DNA of 33,914 nt from Bacteroidales bacterium (GCA_031272415.1 JAISTU010000127.1:1-33914); one strand, 5' to 3'; shown: positions 18,917 through 28,167, numbered from the stretch's first letter. Notes: generated by a model not told the origin, from the letters alone. Numbers and translations are program-made.

Positions 18917-21900
18917 TTATTTTTGTTCTTTAATTTCTTGATTATCAACTAATTTTGTATCCATAAATACAAATTGTTTTCTTAATTTACTTTCTTTATC
19001 TCTTTCGCCTCTGCGGGACATAATGGAGTAAAGGATAGGTACTATAATTAAGGTAACAAGTGTGGAAACGGTCAGACCGCCAATGACAACAATACCCATC
19101 GGCTGCCACATTTCAGAGCCTTCGGAGGTACTGATTGCCATAGGTACCATCCCTAAAATGGTCGTAGCAGCGGTCATCAATACAGGACGCAAACGAGAAC
19201 GACCCGAAAGCGCAATCGCCTCATTGAGTTCGTACCCTCTGTCTCGCATCAAATTGATATAGTCCACCAATACAATTCCATTTTTGACCACAATACCTAT
19301 CAAAAGTATCACTCCCAAAGCACCAATCATATCCAAACTTGTGCCTGTAATCAACAACGCTGCAATAACTCCCGTAATAGCAAACGGTATCGCCATCATG
19401 ATAATAAATGGTTTTGAGAGCGATTCAAATTGAGAAGCCATTACAATATAAACCAACAGCACAATGAGCAATGCTAACGTAATCATATCGCCAAAGGTTT
19501 CCTGTTGGTCTTCATAGGCACCACCGATAGTAACCAATACGCCTTGCGGGATGTCTGTTTTATCAATTTCGGTTTGAATTTCTTTTGCCAACTCGCCCAA
19601 AGATATATCTTGCGGAGTAACAGTAACTTTAACAATACGCTCCCTTCTCTTTCGCTCAATATTTGGGGGAGACCAATATTCTTTTATTTCGGCTAACTCT
19701 TTGAGTTTGATTTGTTTACCTGTCGGAGTCATAATAGTAAACTCTTCAATATCGGTGAGCGAACTTCTGTATTTTTCAGCCAAACGGACTATAATATCAT
19801 ACTCTTCACCGTCTTCTTTGAGATAGCCTGCCAACATTCCATTGACACGATTGCGAATATAAGCCGCTGCTGCCTGATAACTAATGCCGTGCAGGGCTAA
19901 TTTTTCTTTATCGAACACAATTTGCAGTTCGGCACGGTCTTCTTCACGGGAAATAATCACATCTCTCGCCCCTTTGAGTTTCTGTATTTTACGCTTCAAA
20001 TCAGCCGCCAAAACGTTGGTTTTATCAAAATCATAACCATAAATTTCAACATCAACACTGTTTTGATTGCCACCACCGCCCATATTGCTGGCAACAGTTA
20101 CTTGCAGATTGATAATTTCAGGAAATTTAGCCAAATCATTTCTAATCGTTTCTGCTATTTGCCAAATGGTTCGCTCTCTTGCATATTTTTTAGAACATCT
20201 GACTGTCATGCTGATTTTATTGTTATTTGCCTGCGTAAATAGGGACGTAATACCGGCGTCTTCCGAACTGCCGCAAGAGGTTGAAATCAACTCTGTTTCA
20301 GGCACTAATGCCATAATATGATTTTCAATTTCTCTGGCAGTACGGCTGGTCTCTTCTACTCTTGTACCGCGCTGAAGTTCAATGCTTAATGACATTCTAC
20401 CCGAATCTTGGTCAGGCATAAAATTAGTACCTATCATGCCAAATATAAATGGCAATAAAGAGGCTACAAAAATTAGTACCATCGTTATCAATGTTATCCA
20501 CTTATGTCTCAAACATACACGTAAAACTCTTGCATACCATGCATCTACTTTATCTAACGCCTTAACGACTGTATTTTGATAGGTAAGGCGTCTTTTTTTA
20601 CCGTTATTTTCGGTAGTTTTCTTTTTGGATTTCAACAATTTAGCCGAAAGCATTGGCGTCAAAGAAATGGCGGCTACGGTGGAAACGCAGACAACAATGG
20701 TAACAATCCAACCTAACTCTTTGAACATAACTCCTGCCATGCCAGTGAGCATTGTCAGTGGCACAAAAACTGCCACAATGACCAATGTAGTGGCAATTAC
20801 TGACACCCAAACCTCATTAGTGGCATAAATGGCAGCCTCACGAGGCGACGAGCCTCGCTCTATATGCGTGGTAATATTTTCCAACACCACAATCGCATCA
20901 TCCACCACCATCCCAATGGCGACCGTCAATGAGCATAATGAAATGATATTGAGAGAACTACCTACTAATGCCAAATAAATAAATCCGCACAATAATGAGA
21001 TAGGAATTGTTAACGCAATGATAACTGTTGCCCGCCATTTGCCCAAGAAAAACAAAATGACCAAAACAACAAACAACAAAGCATACATTAACGACTCTTG
21101 CAAGCCTGCAATCGCATTTTCAATTTCTTCGGATTGGTCATAAATAAGTTTAAGATTGATGTCAGGGGGGAGTTTTTTCTTAATTTGTTCGAGTTCTTTG
21201 CGTACATCTTTGGCAATTTGTACCGTATTTGCCCCCGATTGTTTCATAATAATTAAGCGGGCGCCGTCTTGTCCGTCAATTTTTTCCTCCAAAGTAATAT
21301 CGCGGATAGTATCGCGTATCGTAGCAATGTCTCGCATAAAAATTTCTTTACCTTCACGACTCAAACCTACCACAATATCATTGATTTCGCTACTTTCTAC
21401 ATATTCACCTTGCACCCGCATTTGATATTGTTCTTTGCCCATTTTGACACTACCGGATGCCAAATTGAAATTATTGGCACCAATAGCCGCTCCGATAGTT
21501 TCCACAGACAAACCATAAGCGTCCACTTTATTGGGGTCAAGGTCAATATAAATATAGCGTTCAGGGGCGCCCGAAATGCTCAACGAACCAATGCCATCCA
21601 CACGATTTAACACATTGATAACATTATCTTCCATGATTTTTTTAAGTCCCGGATAACTTTCTTTTGCCGTAATAGCATATTGCATTATCGGGAAATTGGA
21701 AGTATTTATCTTAAAAATCAATGGACGTGAGCAACCGTCCGGCAAATTGTCATATATCATATCTATTGCCGAGCGGATGTCATTTACTGCCTCATCCAAA
21801 TTGATACCCCACTGAAATTCGAGTGTAACAACGGATATATTATCCTTTGAGGTAGAGGTAATTTCTTTTAATCCGTCCACCGAATTGAGTTGGTCTTCCA

Positions 21901-22099
21901 GCAATTTGGTTACATTCGTTTCCAATTCACTGCCATTGGCTCCCGGATAAGTTGTCATAACCGAAATATAAGGCGGCTCTATCTCAGGAAAAAAGTCAAT
22001 AGGAAGCCGCTGTAATGAAAACAGTCCTAACACTATCACTGCCAAAAAAATCATTAAAACCGTTACAGGTTTATTCACCGAAGTCTTGTATATACTCAT
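18917..22099 (-). CDS. RND efflux transporter permease (AcrB/AcrD/AcrF family)
   Basis: 1060 aa; AIGMVVDDAIVVLENI, GIVVKNGIVLVD, RLRPVLMTA. Confidence 0.96.
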   Translation of the reverse strand: MSIYKTSVNKPVTVLMIFLAVIVLGLFSLQRLPIDFFPEIEPPYISVMTTYPGANGSELETNVTKLLEDQLNSVDGLKEITSTSKDNISVVTLEFQWGINLDEAVNDIRSAIDMIYDNLPDGCSRPLIFKINTSNFPIMQYAITAKESYPGLKKIMEDNVINVLNRVDGIGSLSISGAPERYIYIDLDPNKVDAYGLSVETIGAAIGANNFNLASGSVKMGKEQYQMRVQGEYVESSEINDIVVGLSREGKEIFMRDIATIRDTIRDITLEEKIDGQDGARLIIMKQSGANTVQIAKDVRKELEQIKKKLPPDINLKLIYDQSEEIENAIAGLQESLMYALLFVVLVILFFLGKWRATVIIALTIPISLLCGFIYLALVGSSLNIISLCSLTVAIGMVVDDAIVVLENITTHIERGSSPREAAIYATNEVWVSVIATTLVIVAVFVPLTMLTGMAGVMFKELGWIVTIVVCVSTVAAISLTPMLSAKLLKSKKKTTENNGKKRRLTYQNTVVKALDKVDAWYARVLRVCLRHKWITLITMVLIFVASLLPFIFGMIGTNFMPDQDSGRMSLSIELQRGTRVEETSRTAREIENHIMALVPETELISTSCGSSEDAGITSLFTQANNNKISMTVRCSKKYARERTIWQIAETIRNDLAKFPEIINLQVTVASNMGGGGNQNSVDVEIYGYDFDKTNVLAADLKRKIQKLKGARDVIISREEDRAELQIVFDKEKLALHGISYQAAAAYIRNRVNGMLAGYLKEDGEEYDIIVRLAEKYRSSLTDIEEFTIMTPTGKQIKLKELAEIKEYWSPPNIERKRRERIVKVTVTPQDISLGELAKEIQTEIDKTDIPQGVLVTIGGAYEDQQETFGDMITLALLIVLLVYIVMASQFESLSKPFIIMMAIPFAITGVIAALLITGTSLDMIGALGVILLIGIVVKNGIVLVDYINLMRDRGYELNEAIALSGRSRLRPVLMTAATTILGMVPMAISTSEGSEMWQPMGIVVIGGLTVSTLVTLIIVPILYSIMSRRGERDKESKLRKQFVFMDTKLVDNQEIKEQK

Positions 22100-22190
22100 T
22101 GATTTGCTATCTTTTTAGTATGTATTTTTAGTTAATTTTTTTATTCTTTTCACAAAACTATAAAAACTAAAATAGTTTTTACAGTACTAA

Positions 22191-22206
22191 TACAAATATC
22201 ATGCCA
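22191..22206 (-). promoter_or_regulatory. Candidate sigma-54 (-24/-12) promoter for the RND operon
   Basis: Reverse complement TGGCATGATATTTGTA vs consensus TGGCACG-N4-TTGCW with exact spacing; about 90 nt upstream of the ATG. Confidence 0.6.
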
Positions 22207-22270
22207 AAAAAATTAGAGTAATTTTCAATTTTCAACTTTTTTCAATTTTTAATTCTCCACTCAAAAAAAA

Positions 22271-22281
22271 GTGTAATTTTG
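22271..22281 (+). promoter_or_regulatory. -7 promoter element for the AraC regulator
   Basis: GTGTAATTTTG preceded by a heptamer tract at 22221-22263. Confidence 0.7.
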
Positions 22282-22327
22282 CAAAATAAAAATATGTATT
22301 ACAATAAATTATAAAGAAATTAAGAAG

Positions 22328-24064
22328 ATGTTTAGAAAAAGAAAGTATCGTGATAATCAAAGCAAAATAATGATTTTGATGGTTTTAGTAGGAATGTTTT
22401 TTATGGTTTCGGGGCAAAAAGCATTTGATAAACAAAAAGAGGTCGATTCTCTTTGTAATGTTATCAAAACAGCCAAAGGAATAAAAAAATTAGAGAACTA
22501 TAAAGAACTGATGAACGCAACAGCCTATAATCCTGATATTGAGGCTTCTTATAAATATATAGACGAGTATATAGCCGAAACAAAAAAACAAAAAAATATA
22601 GAACATGAAATAAAAGCAAGAGCAGCCAAAGTACAAATGCTGTTCAAACATCATCATCACACAGAAAATTGTACATTTGAGACTGAATATGAGCGATTTA
22701 TGAAGTTTGCATACCAACATAAAGCATGGGACTACTATTTTGAGGTATGGCATCAGTATGTTTATTTTTTGATAGAAGAAAATAAGTATTCGGATGCGTT
22801 TTTAGAAGCCCAAAAAATGTACAAAATCGGACAATCTGAAAACAATTATGTCGGGGTGGGATATGCTTGCTTTTTCACAGGACTAATTTATGCCAACAAT
22901 GATTTTGCGGATAAAGCCTTGCCGTTTTATGCAGAAGCCATTCAACATTTTCACCCATTGATAAAAGAGTCCAACGTGTTAAAGTCTTTTCCGTTGTGGG
23001 TAACATACGCAGAATACATTTATGCGTTGCAAAAGGTGGGAAAATATGAGCAAACTTTACCGCTCATTGCAGAGTGGGAGAAAGAGCAACAAAAAAGAGA
23101 CCAATGGCGAAAATATAAAGAATATATAGGCTGGTTTAATATTGACCACAAAAAAATTATTACCTACATGGGACTAAAGCAATTTGACAAAGCACAGCAA
23201 TATTTTGATACAATAGATGCTTATATTGACTATATTAACGACCACAATATGTCCTCTTACATGGGTACAAAATTAGATTTTTACATGCAAACCGGTCAAA
23301 CGCAAAAGGCACTCAAATATGTAGATTCGGTGATTGCATTTGAGACCCAATATCACGGCGGCTCGCATTTATACAACAGAAAAAAAGAGAAAGCGATTTT
23401 ATTGCGGAATACAGGTTATGTTGATACTGCCACTTTTGACATGCTTTTGGACTACATGAACTACACAGATAAATTTGAAAAAGAAAAAACGGCTGAACAA
23501 CTGAATTTGTTTAACACTGAATATCAAGTAGATAGAATTACATTAGAGAAAAAAAGAAACCTTTTACTTTTTATTGCCGCTGCCGTCATTGCGGGGCTAT
23601 TGTTGCTTTTGTTGGTAGTTTATTTCCTCTATTCTCGTAAAATACATAGGAAAAATCGTGCTATTGTTGCACAAATTTTAGAGCAAAATCAACAAGCCAA
23701 ACAAAAATTACATCATTCGCCGCCCACCAAAGAACAACTTTTATTCGATAAGTTGGAGAAATATATGCAACAAAGTCAATCTTATCTCACTGAAAATGTG
23801 AATATAAGCGATATTTCACGTCAACTTGCCACCAATGAAAAATATTTGCAAAATGCTATCAAAGAGTGTGTAAATATGACTTTTGCAGTCTATATCAATA
23901 CATTACGACTGCAATTTGCCTGCTCAATGTTGAGCAATCCCAACAATCAAGCCACTATTGACAGCATTGCATTGGATAGTGGATTTGGGAATAGAGTGCA
24001 TTTTCACCGACTTTTTGTCCAAAAATACGGCATTTCACCGGGAGAATTTAGGAAAAATTCGTAA
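22328..24064 (+). CDS. Membrane-spanning AraC-family regulator with TPR-like periplasmic sensor
   Basis: Signal/TM segment, helical repeats, second TM (LLLFIAAAVIAGLLLLLLVVYF), C-terminal YINTLRL...IDSIALDSGFGNRVHFHRLF...GISPGEFR. Confidence 0.9.
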   Translation: MFRKRKYRDNQSKIMILMVLVGMFFMVSGQKAFDKQKEVDSLCNVIKTAKGIKKLENYKELMNATAYNPDIEASYKYIDEYIAETKKQKNIEHEIKARAAKVQMLFKHHHHTENCTFETEYERFMKFAYQHKAWDYYFEVWHQYVYFLIEENKYSDAFLEAQKMYKIGQSENNYVGVGYACFFTGLIYANNDFADKALPFYAEAIQHFHPLIKESNVLKSFPLWVTYAEYIYALQKVGKYEQTLPLIAEWEKEQQKRDQWRKYKEYIGWFNIDHKKIITYMGLKQFDKAQQYFDTIDAYIDYINDHNMSSYMGTKLDFYMQTGQTQKALKYVDSVIAFETQYHGGSHLYNRKKEKAILLRNTGYVDTATFDMLLDYMNYTDKFEKEKTAEQLNLFNTEYQVDRITLEKKRNLLLFIAAAVIAGLLLLLLVVYFLYSRKIHRKNRAIVAQILEQNQQAKQKLHHSPPTKEQLLFDKLEKYMQQSQSYLTENVNISDISRQLATNEKYLQNAIKECVNMTFAVYINTLRLQFACSMLSNPNNQATIDSIALDSGFGNRVHFHRLFVQKYGISPGEFRKNS

Positions 24065-24079
24065 AAAACATCCTGCAAT

Positions 24080-24667
24080 TTAAAAATATCTTCGTGTATG
24101 TTGTTGATATTCAATATATTTATTGCCAAATTTGCGAATTAGGAATTTTTCTTCCCGCAATATTTGAAAATGAATGCCAATAAATGAGCAAAGGGCTAAT
24201 ATTATGATAATTACGTTTGGAAAGACAAGCATTATGCCGGCAAAATACATATCCATAAACAGAAATATGGGGTTGCGAGAGTAAGCAAATGCACCTGTGG
24301 TTATCAATTCATTGCTTGTTTTTTCGTCAATGCCAATACGCCAACTTTTTCCAAATGAAAGCAATGCCCATAAAAATATTGCTAATCCACTGTAACACAG
24401 AATGATTCCTACATATTTCAGCCAAGCAAAATACACCACAAAATCCGTTAGAAATGAAAATTGAAGCACTGCCAAAATTATCAACACATTCCACAGCAAC
24501 AGAAAAGGTGCTAATATGTTTTCCAACATCTTTTCGAGCATTGTGCCTTTGCTTGTTCCTATTGACCAGACTTTTACGCTCTGACAATAAAGCATAACCG
24601 TTCTGCCGATAAACAGAACATTGAACAGCACAAGACTTGTTAAAATTAAAATATTTGTTGCAGCCAT
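24080..24667 (-). CDS. Isoprenylcysteine carboxyl methyltransferase / PEMT-family membrane protein
   Basis: GKSWRIGID...LITTGAFAYSRNPIF...REEKFL...FG..Y.EY...TRRY. Confidence 0.88.
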   Translation of the reverse strand: MAATNILILTSLVLFNVLFIGRTVMLYCQSVKVWSIGTSKGTMLEKMLENILAPFLLLWNVLIILAVLQFSFLTDFVVYFAWLKYVGIILCYSGLAIFLWALLSFGKSWRIGIDEKTSNELITTGAFAYSRNPIFLFMDMYFAGIMLVFPNVIIIILALCSFIGIHFQILREEKFLIRKFGNKYIEYQQHTRRYF

Positions 24668-24668
24668 T

Positions 24669-24935
24669 TTATTGTTTTTTCCAACGCTCTAAACGTCTGA
24701 AACCCCGTGTAAAGAGCCACGCTTTAAGTTTATTATGACCGTTTTTAATCATTGCTTGTCGGCAAAATTCTTGAAATTCATCTACCGTCATTCCTTCCCC
24801 TGCAAGCACTCCGTTTTGATAGCAATACATGCAAAATTTCTCACTTTTACTACCGTCTGCATTTGTGCCTTCGTTATTTGTGCGTTTGTCTAACGGCATT
24901 CCACAACTTTGGCAAAACTTTTTTTTATTATCCAT
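24669..24935 (-). CDS. Zinc-ribbon domain protein
   Basis: KFCQSCGMPL...GTNADGSKSEKFCMYCYQNG...LERWK; start taken as ATG 24935 because a promoter lies at 24983. Confidence 0.85.
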   Translation of the reverse strand: MDNKKKFCQSCGMPLDKRTNNEGTNADGSKSEKFCMYCYQNGVLAGEGMTVDEFQEFCRQAMIKNGHNKLKAWLFTRGFRRLERWKKQ

Positions 24936-24982
24936 TTTGAATTGATTTTTTATGCCCACTTGGGCGGTTAATAATAACTCTG

Positions 24983-24993
24983 CAAAGATACAC
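24983..24993 (-). promoter_or_regulatory. -7 promoter element
   Basis: Reverse complement GTGTATCTTTG with (aattaaa/aattaag)n tract at 25003-25034. Confidence 0.78.
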
Positions 24994-25082
24994 CTTTTCG
25001 TCAATTAAAAATTAAAAATTAAGAATTAAGAGAGATGCATATTTTATTCTTTTTGGGGTCAATTATTATCATCGCATATAGG

Positions 25083-25134
25083 TTTATAATTGACCATAAG
25101 TATACTTTTTTTTGTATTTATGGTCAGTTATAAA
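25083..25134. repeat. 52-bp palindrome copy 1
   Basis: tttataattgaccataagt-N14-atttatggtcagttataaa. Confidence 0.95.
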
Positions 25135-25292
25135 AACAAGTTATTAAGTATAATTCTTTGATTTACAATACAATATGTTTATTACGAACTATGTCAAAAA
25201 TCATAATAAAAGTGAGATGTAAAACCTACCTCGTTTTGCTAACATATTGAAATGTGGAGCGTTTTTTCAGATTATTAGCATCTCTTGCAAGA

Positions 25293-25344
25293 TTTATAAT
25301 TGACCATAAGTATACTTTTTTTGGCACTTATGGTCAGTTATAAA
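25293..25344. repeat. 52-bp palindrome copy 2
   Basis: tttataattgaccataagt-N14-acttatggtcagttataaa. Confidence 0.95.
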
Positions 25345-25505
25345 AACAAGTTATTAAGTATAATCATTTGATTTACAATGTAATATGATTATTACGAACT
25401 ACGTCAAATTTATAATAAAAGTGAGATATAAACCCTACCTCGTTTTGCTAACATATTGAAATGTGGAGAGTTTTTATTTTCAGATTATTATTATCGCTTG
25501 CAAGA

Positions 25506-25557
25506 TTTATAATTGACCATAAGTATACTTTTTTTGGCACTTATGGTCAATTATAAA
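25506..25557. repeat. 52-bp palindrome copy 3 (perfect 19-bp arms; contains the ATPase stop codon)
   Basis: tttataattgaccataagt-atactttttttggc-acttatggtcaattataaa; the TAA at 25551-25553 lies in the right arm. Confidence 0.97.
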
Positions 25558-26972
25558 AATATGTCATCAAGCGTAATTTCCTTTTGTACAATGCTATAAC
25601 GCTTATTATGAACTACTCCAAATGTTGTAATAAAAGTGAGATGTAAAGCCTTCTTTGTTTTGCTAACATACTCAAATGCAGCGAGTTTGTTCCTAAGGTT
25701 GGCTTCATACGCTTTTGAAATGATAAATGGCGAGTTAGAAAATTTCATTTCGCAAATGTTTATCACGCCGTCTTTGCGGTCTATCAGCAAATCTATTTGG
25801 CAACCATCGTAATTATCCGTTTTGTCTGTTGCCCATGCTGACACGCCGGATTGGACGCCGGAGATACCAAGTGTGCGTTTTATTTCGCTAACATGCTGTA
25901 AAACAAGCGATTCGAAGGCATATCCTGCCCACGTATTCCGCAACGGAGTATTGAGGCTGTTTGTCCAAAAATTCTCATCTTTGCTATTATAATTCTCCAA
26001 AAAGTTGAAATAAAATAGGGTATAGGCATCAAGCAACTGATAGAGGCGGTCTCGCTTTTTTTTGTGCAAAGCATTGTAAGAACGGATAAAACCACAACTT
26101 TCAAGGTTAATCAGAATTTCGGTCAGTTCTCTGCCACTTTTTTTGGTAATCTCGCTAATTTCGCCACGTGTTAAACCTTTGTTTTTGAGGCTCAAAGCAG
26201 AAACTGTTGCCACATAATTTTCCGATTTTCTAAACAGTGAGGCATATAGGTTTGAAAATTCGTTCTTCAATTTAGCGTTCTGCTTAAAGCACAGATTATC
26301 AATATTTTGCGACAAACTTAATCCTTTTTCAAACAAACTAAGATAATATGGAATTCCCCCAAAAATCATATATGCTTCGGCAATTTCCTGCCTGCCAAGC
26401 ATGATTTTATGCGACAAAAAATATTGTTCTGTTTCGCTTATATTGAAAGGTTGCAAGAAAAGCGTGGCAGTCAATCGATTATGTAAACCGCCATGATTGT
26501 TGATAATTTTGTTCGTAATCCACGAAGTCGCTGAACCGCAAATTATCAGCATAATATCATCTCTTCCACAAGCCCACCCGTTCCAAAAATGTTCCAATGC
26601 TGTTAAAAAGCCTGCTCTCGGAGTGTCTAACCACGAAATTTCATCAATAAAGACCACCTTTCGCTTTGTGCGAGACTTTTTCAACTGTGCAATAAGTTGC
26701 TCGAAGGCGTACAACCAGTTTTTTGCGACCGGCAATTGCTTGTTAAAACAGCGGTTGAGCGTCAAATTAAAGTTGGCAAGTTGCGTTTTAGTGTCTGTGT
26801 TTGCCAATCCTGCTAAGTCAAATATCAGCCTGTTGCCAAATAACTGTCTGATTAAAAACGTTTTACCAACACGGCGCCTCCCACATACCGCTATAAATTC
26901 TGCATTTTCCGAATTATAAAGGTCAGTCAATTTTTGCGTTTCGCTTTGTCTTCCAATAATTTTCTTGTCCAT
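25551..26972 (-). CDS. ATP-binding protein: archaeal-type AAA ATPase, winged helix and DUF234/PD-(D/E)XK-like C-terminus
   Basis: Walker A GRRRVGKT, Walker B VVFIDE, ICGSATSW, wHTH GLTRGEISEIT...LINLESCGFI, WAGYAFE, QIDLLIDR...INICEMKF. Confidence 0.92.
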   Translation of the reverse strand: MDKKIIGRQSETQKLTDLYNSENAEFIAVCGRRRVGKTFLIRQLFGNRLIFDLAGLANTDTKTQLANFNLTLNRCFNKQLPVAKNWLYAFEQLIAQLKKSRTKRKVVFIDEISWLDTPRAGFLTALEHFWNGWACGRDDIMLIICGSATSWITNKIINNHGGLHNRLTATLFLQPFNISETEQYFLSHKIMLGRQEIAEAYMIFGGIPYYLSLFEKGLSLSQNIDNLCFKQNAKLKNEFSNLYASLFRKSENYVATVSALSLKNKGLTRGEISEITKKSGRELTEILINLESCGFIRSYNALHKKKRDRLYQLLDAYTLFYFNFLENYNSKDENFWTNSLNTPLRNTWAGYAFESLVLQHVSEIKRTLGISGVQSGVSAWATDKTDNYDGCQIDLLIDRKDGVINICEMKFSNSPFIISKAYEANLRNKLAAFEYVSKTKKALHLTFITTFGVVHNKRYSIVQKEITLDDIFL

Positions 26973-26980
26973 ACATCTCT

Positions 26981-27032
26981 TTTATAATTGACCATAAGTA
27001 TATAAAAAATAGCACTTATGGTCAGATATAAC
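26981..27032. repeat. 52-bp palindrome copy 4, 8 nt upstream of the ATPase start codon
   Basis: tttataattgaccataagt-atataaaaaatagc-acttatggtcagatataac; same 14-nt spacer length as copies 1-3. Confidence 0.95.
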
Positions 27033-27088
27033 TATTTTTTTACGCATAGACAACGTAATTTTTGCATTTTTATTGTTTTTACAAAATC

Positions 27089-27123
27089 ATTTTTTTGCAT
27101 CCTTTGGGGAAAAGTTTTTTTAA
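27089..27123 (-). repeat. Dispersed motif copy 5 (degenerate)
   Basis: Reverse complement aaaaaacttttccccaaaggatgcaaaaaaa. Confidence 0.5.
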
Positions 27124-27149
27124 TTGAAAATTATATAACAAATTGATAC

Positions 27150-27962
27150 TCAAACAGTTACAATCTTCATTCCGATTTGCTTCCTTTCTACTGATTTTAC
27201 GATGCTGATACTCAATTGATAAAGCAAAAAAACAGGAACACTTACTAAAAGGAGTGTAAAAATATCAGTTGTAGGAGTAATGATGGCGGAAAGGATCAAA
27301 ATCAATACCAAAGCATGTTTGCGATATTTTTTGAGTAGAGAGACTTTTAAAACCCCAATTTTTGCCAAAATCCAAGCCAAAACAGGCAATTCAAACAATA
27401 TGCCTAACAACAACGTAATCAATAAAAAAGTATCAATATACGAATTGATGGTAAACATATTTTCCACTGTTTCACTGATTTGATAATTGGCAAGGAAGCG
27501 AAACGAAAACGGAAAAACAACAAAATAACTCAATAATGCCCCCAAAAAAAAGAACAAAAATGACATAAAAATCAAATATGTCGTATATTTTTTCTCTTTT
27601 GTATAAAGTGCGGGCGAAATAAAGCCGTAAAGTTGGTACACAATATAAGGCGCTGTCAGCAAAAGTGCCGTATAAAGCGTAACTTTTATGTGTATCAAAA
27701 ATTGTGAAGTAAGTTGCGTACTTACCAAATGAAAAGCCGAATTGTCCGAAAATGCAAAATGAAAAGAAAAATATTCCCCCAATTGCCTGAGCAGCCTAAA
27801 TGTAACAAAATCAGCACTTTGAGGTGCAAAAATTACGGCAAAAATAGGTGTTTTGAAAAAAAATGCAACTATCGTAATCGCAAATACAACAACGATAATG
27901 CGAAAAAGCATCTTTCGCAATACCTCTACATGCCCCCAAAAAGTCAGCAGATTACTGCTCAT
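27150..27962 (-). CDS. tatC: Twin-arginine translocase subunit TatC
   Basis: TFWGHVEVLR, FISPALY..EKK, FELPV, SAIITPTTD; start taken as ATG 27962. Confidence 0.95.
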   Translation of the reverse strand: MSSNLLTFWGHVEVLRKMLFRIIVVVFAITIVAFFFKTPIFAVIFAPQSADFVTFRLLRQLGEYFSFHFAFSDNSAFHLVSTQLTSQFLIHIKVTLYTALLLTAPYIVYQLYGFISPALYTKEKKYTTYLIFMSFLFFFLGALLSYFVVFPFSFRFLANYQISETVENMFTINSYIDTFLLITLLLGILFELPVLAWILAKIGVLKVSLLKKYRKHALVLILILSAIITPTTDIFTLLLVSVPVFLLYQLSISIVKSVERKQIGMKIVTV

Positions 27963-28167
27963 TATTGTTGGGCGTAGTATCCTTTTTTTGTTCGGCATTT
28001 TCGCTGGCATCCGTGCCGTTCATGCCGTCTTTAAAACTTTTAACGCCCTTGCCTAATCCACGCATCATTTCAGGGATTTTTTTACCACCAAAAAGCAACA
28101 AAATGATTAACGCAATCACTATCAACTCCGGCACACCCAAACTACCTAAAAACAACAAAATATTCAT
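27952..28167 (-). CDS. tatA: Twin-arginine translocase subunit TatA
   Basis: LGVPELIVIALIILLLFGGKKIPEMMRGLGKGVKSFKDG. Confidence 0.96.
   Translation of the reverse strand: MNILLFLGSLGVPELIVIALIILLLFGGKKIPEMMRGLGKGVKSFKDGMNGTDASENAEQKKDTTPNNNEQ

Larger units (their letters stand above)
25058..25720. repeat. Tandem array of ~210-213-bp units: 52-bp palindrome plus ~160-bp degenerate copy of the ATPase gene 3' end
   Basis: Palindromes start at 25083, 25293 and 25506; shared blocks such as taataaaagtgagat and gttttgctaacata occur in both non-coding units and inside the CDS (25628-25670). Confidence 0.95.

Noticed and set aside
25083-25557. CRISPR array
   Set aside because: Repeats are 52 bp, the intervening segments are ~160 bp and nearly identical to each other, and there are no cas genes in the window.
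25506-25557. Palindrome as a plain intrinsic terminator
   Set aside because: AT-rich stem with a 14-nt loop, and the same element also lies directly before the start codon; termination alone does not explain it.
25135-25720. Diversity-generating retroelement template/variable repeat pair
   Set aside because: Differences from the gene are not restricted to adenines, include indels, and no reverse transcriptase is present in the window.
25506-27032. Canonical integron attC cassette or XerCD dif module
   Set aside because: No RYYYAAC/GTTRRRY core boxes, no 11-6-11 dif geometry, and no integrase nearby.
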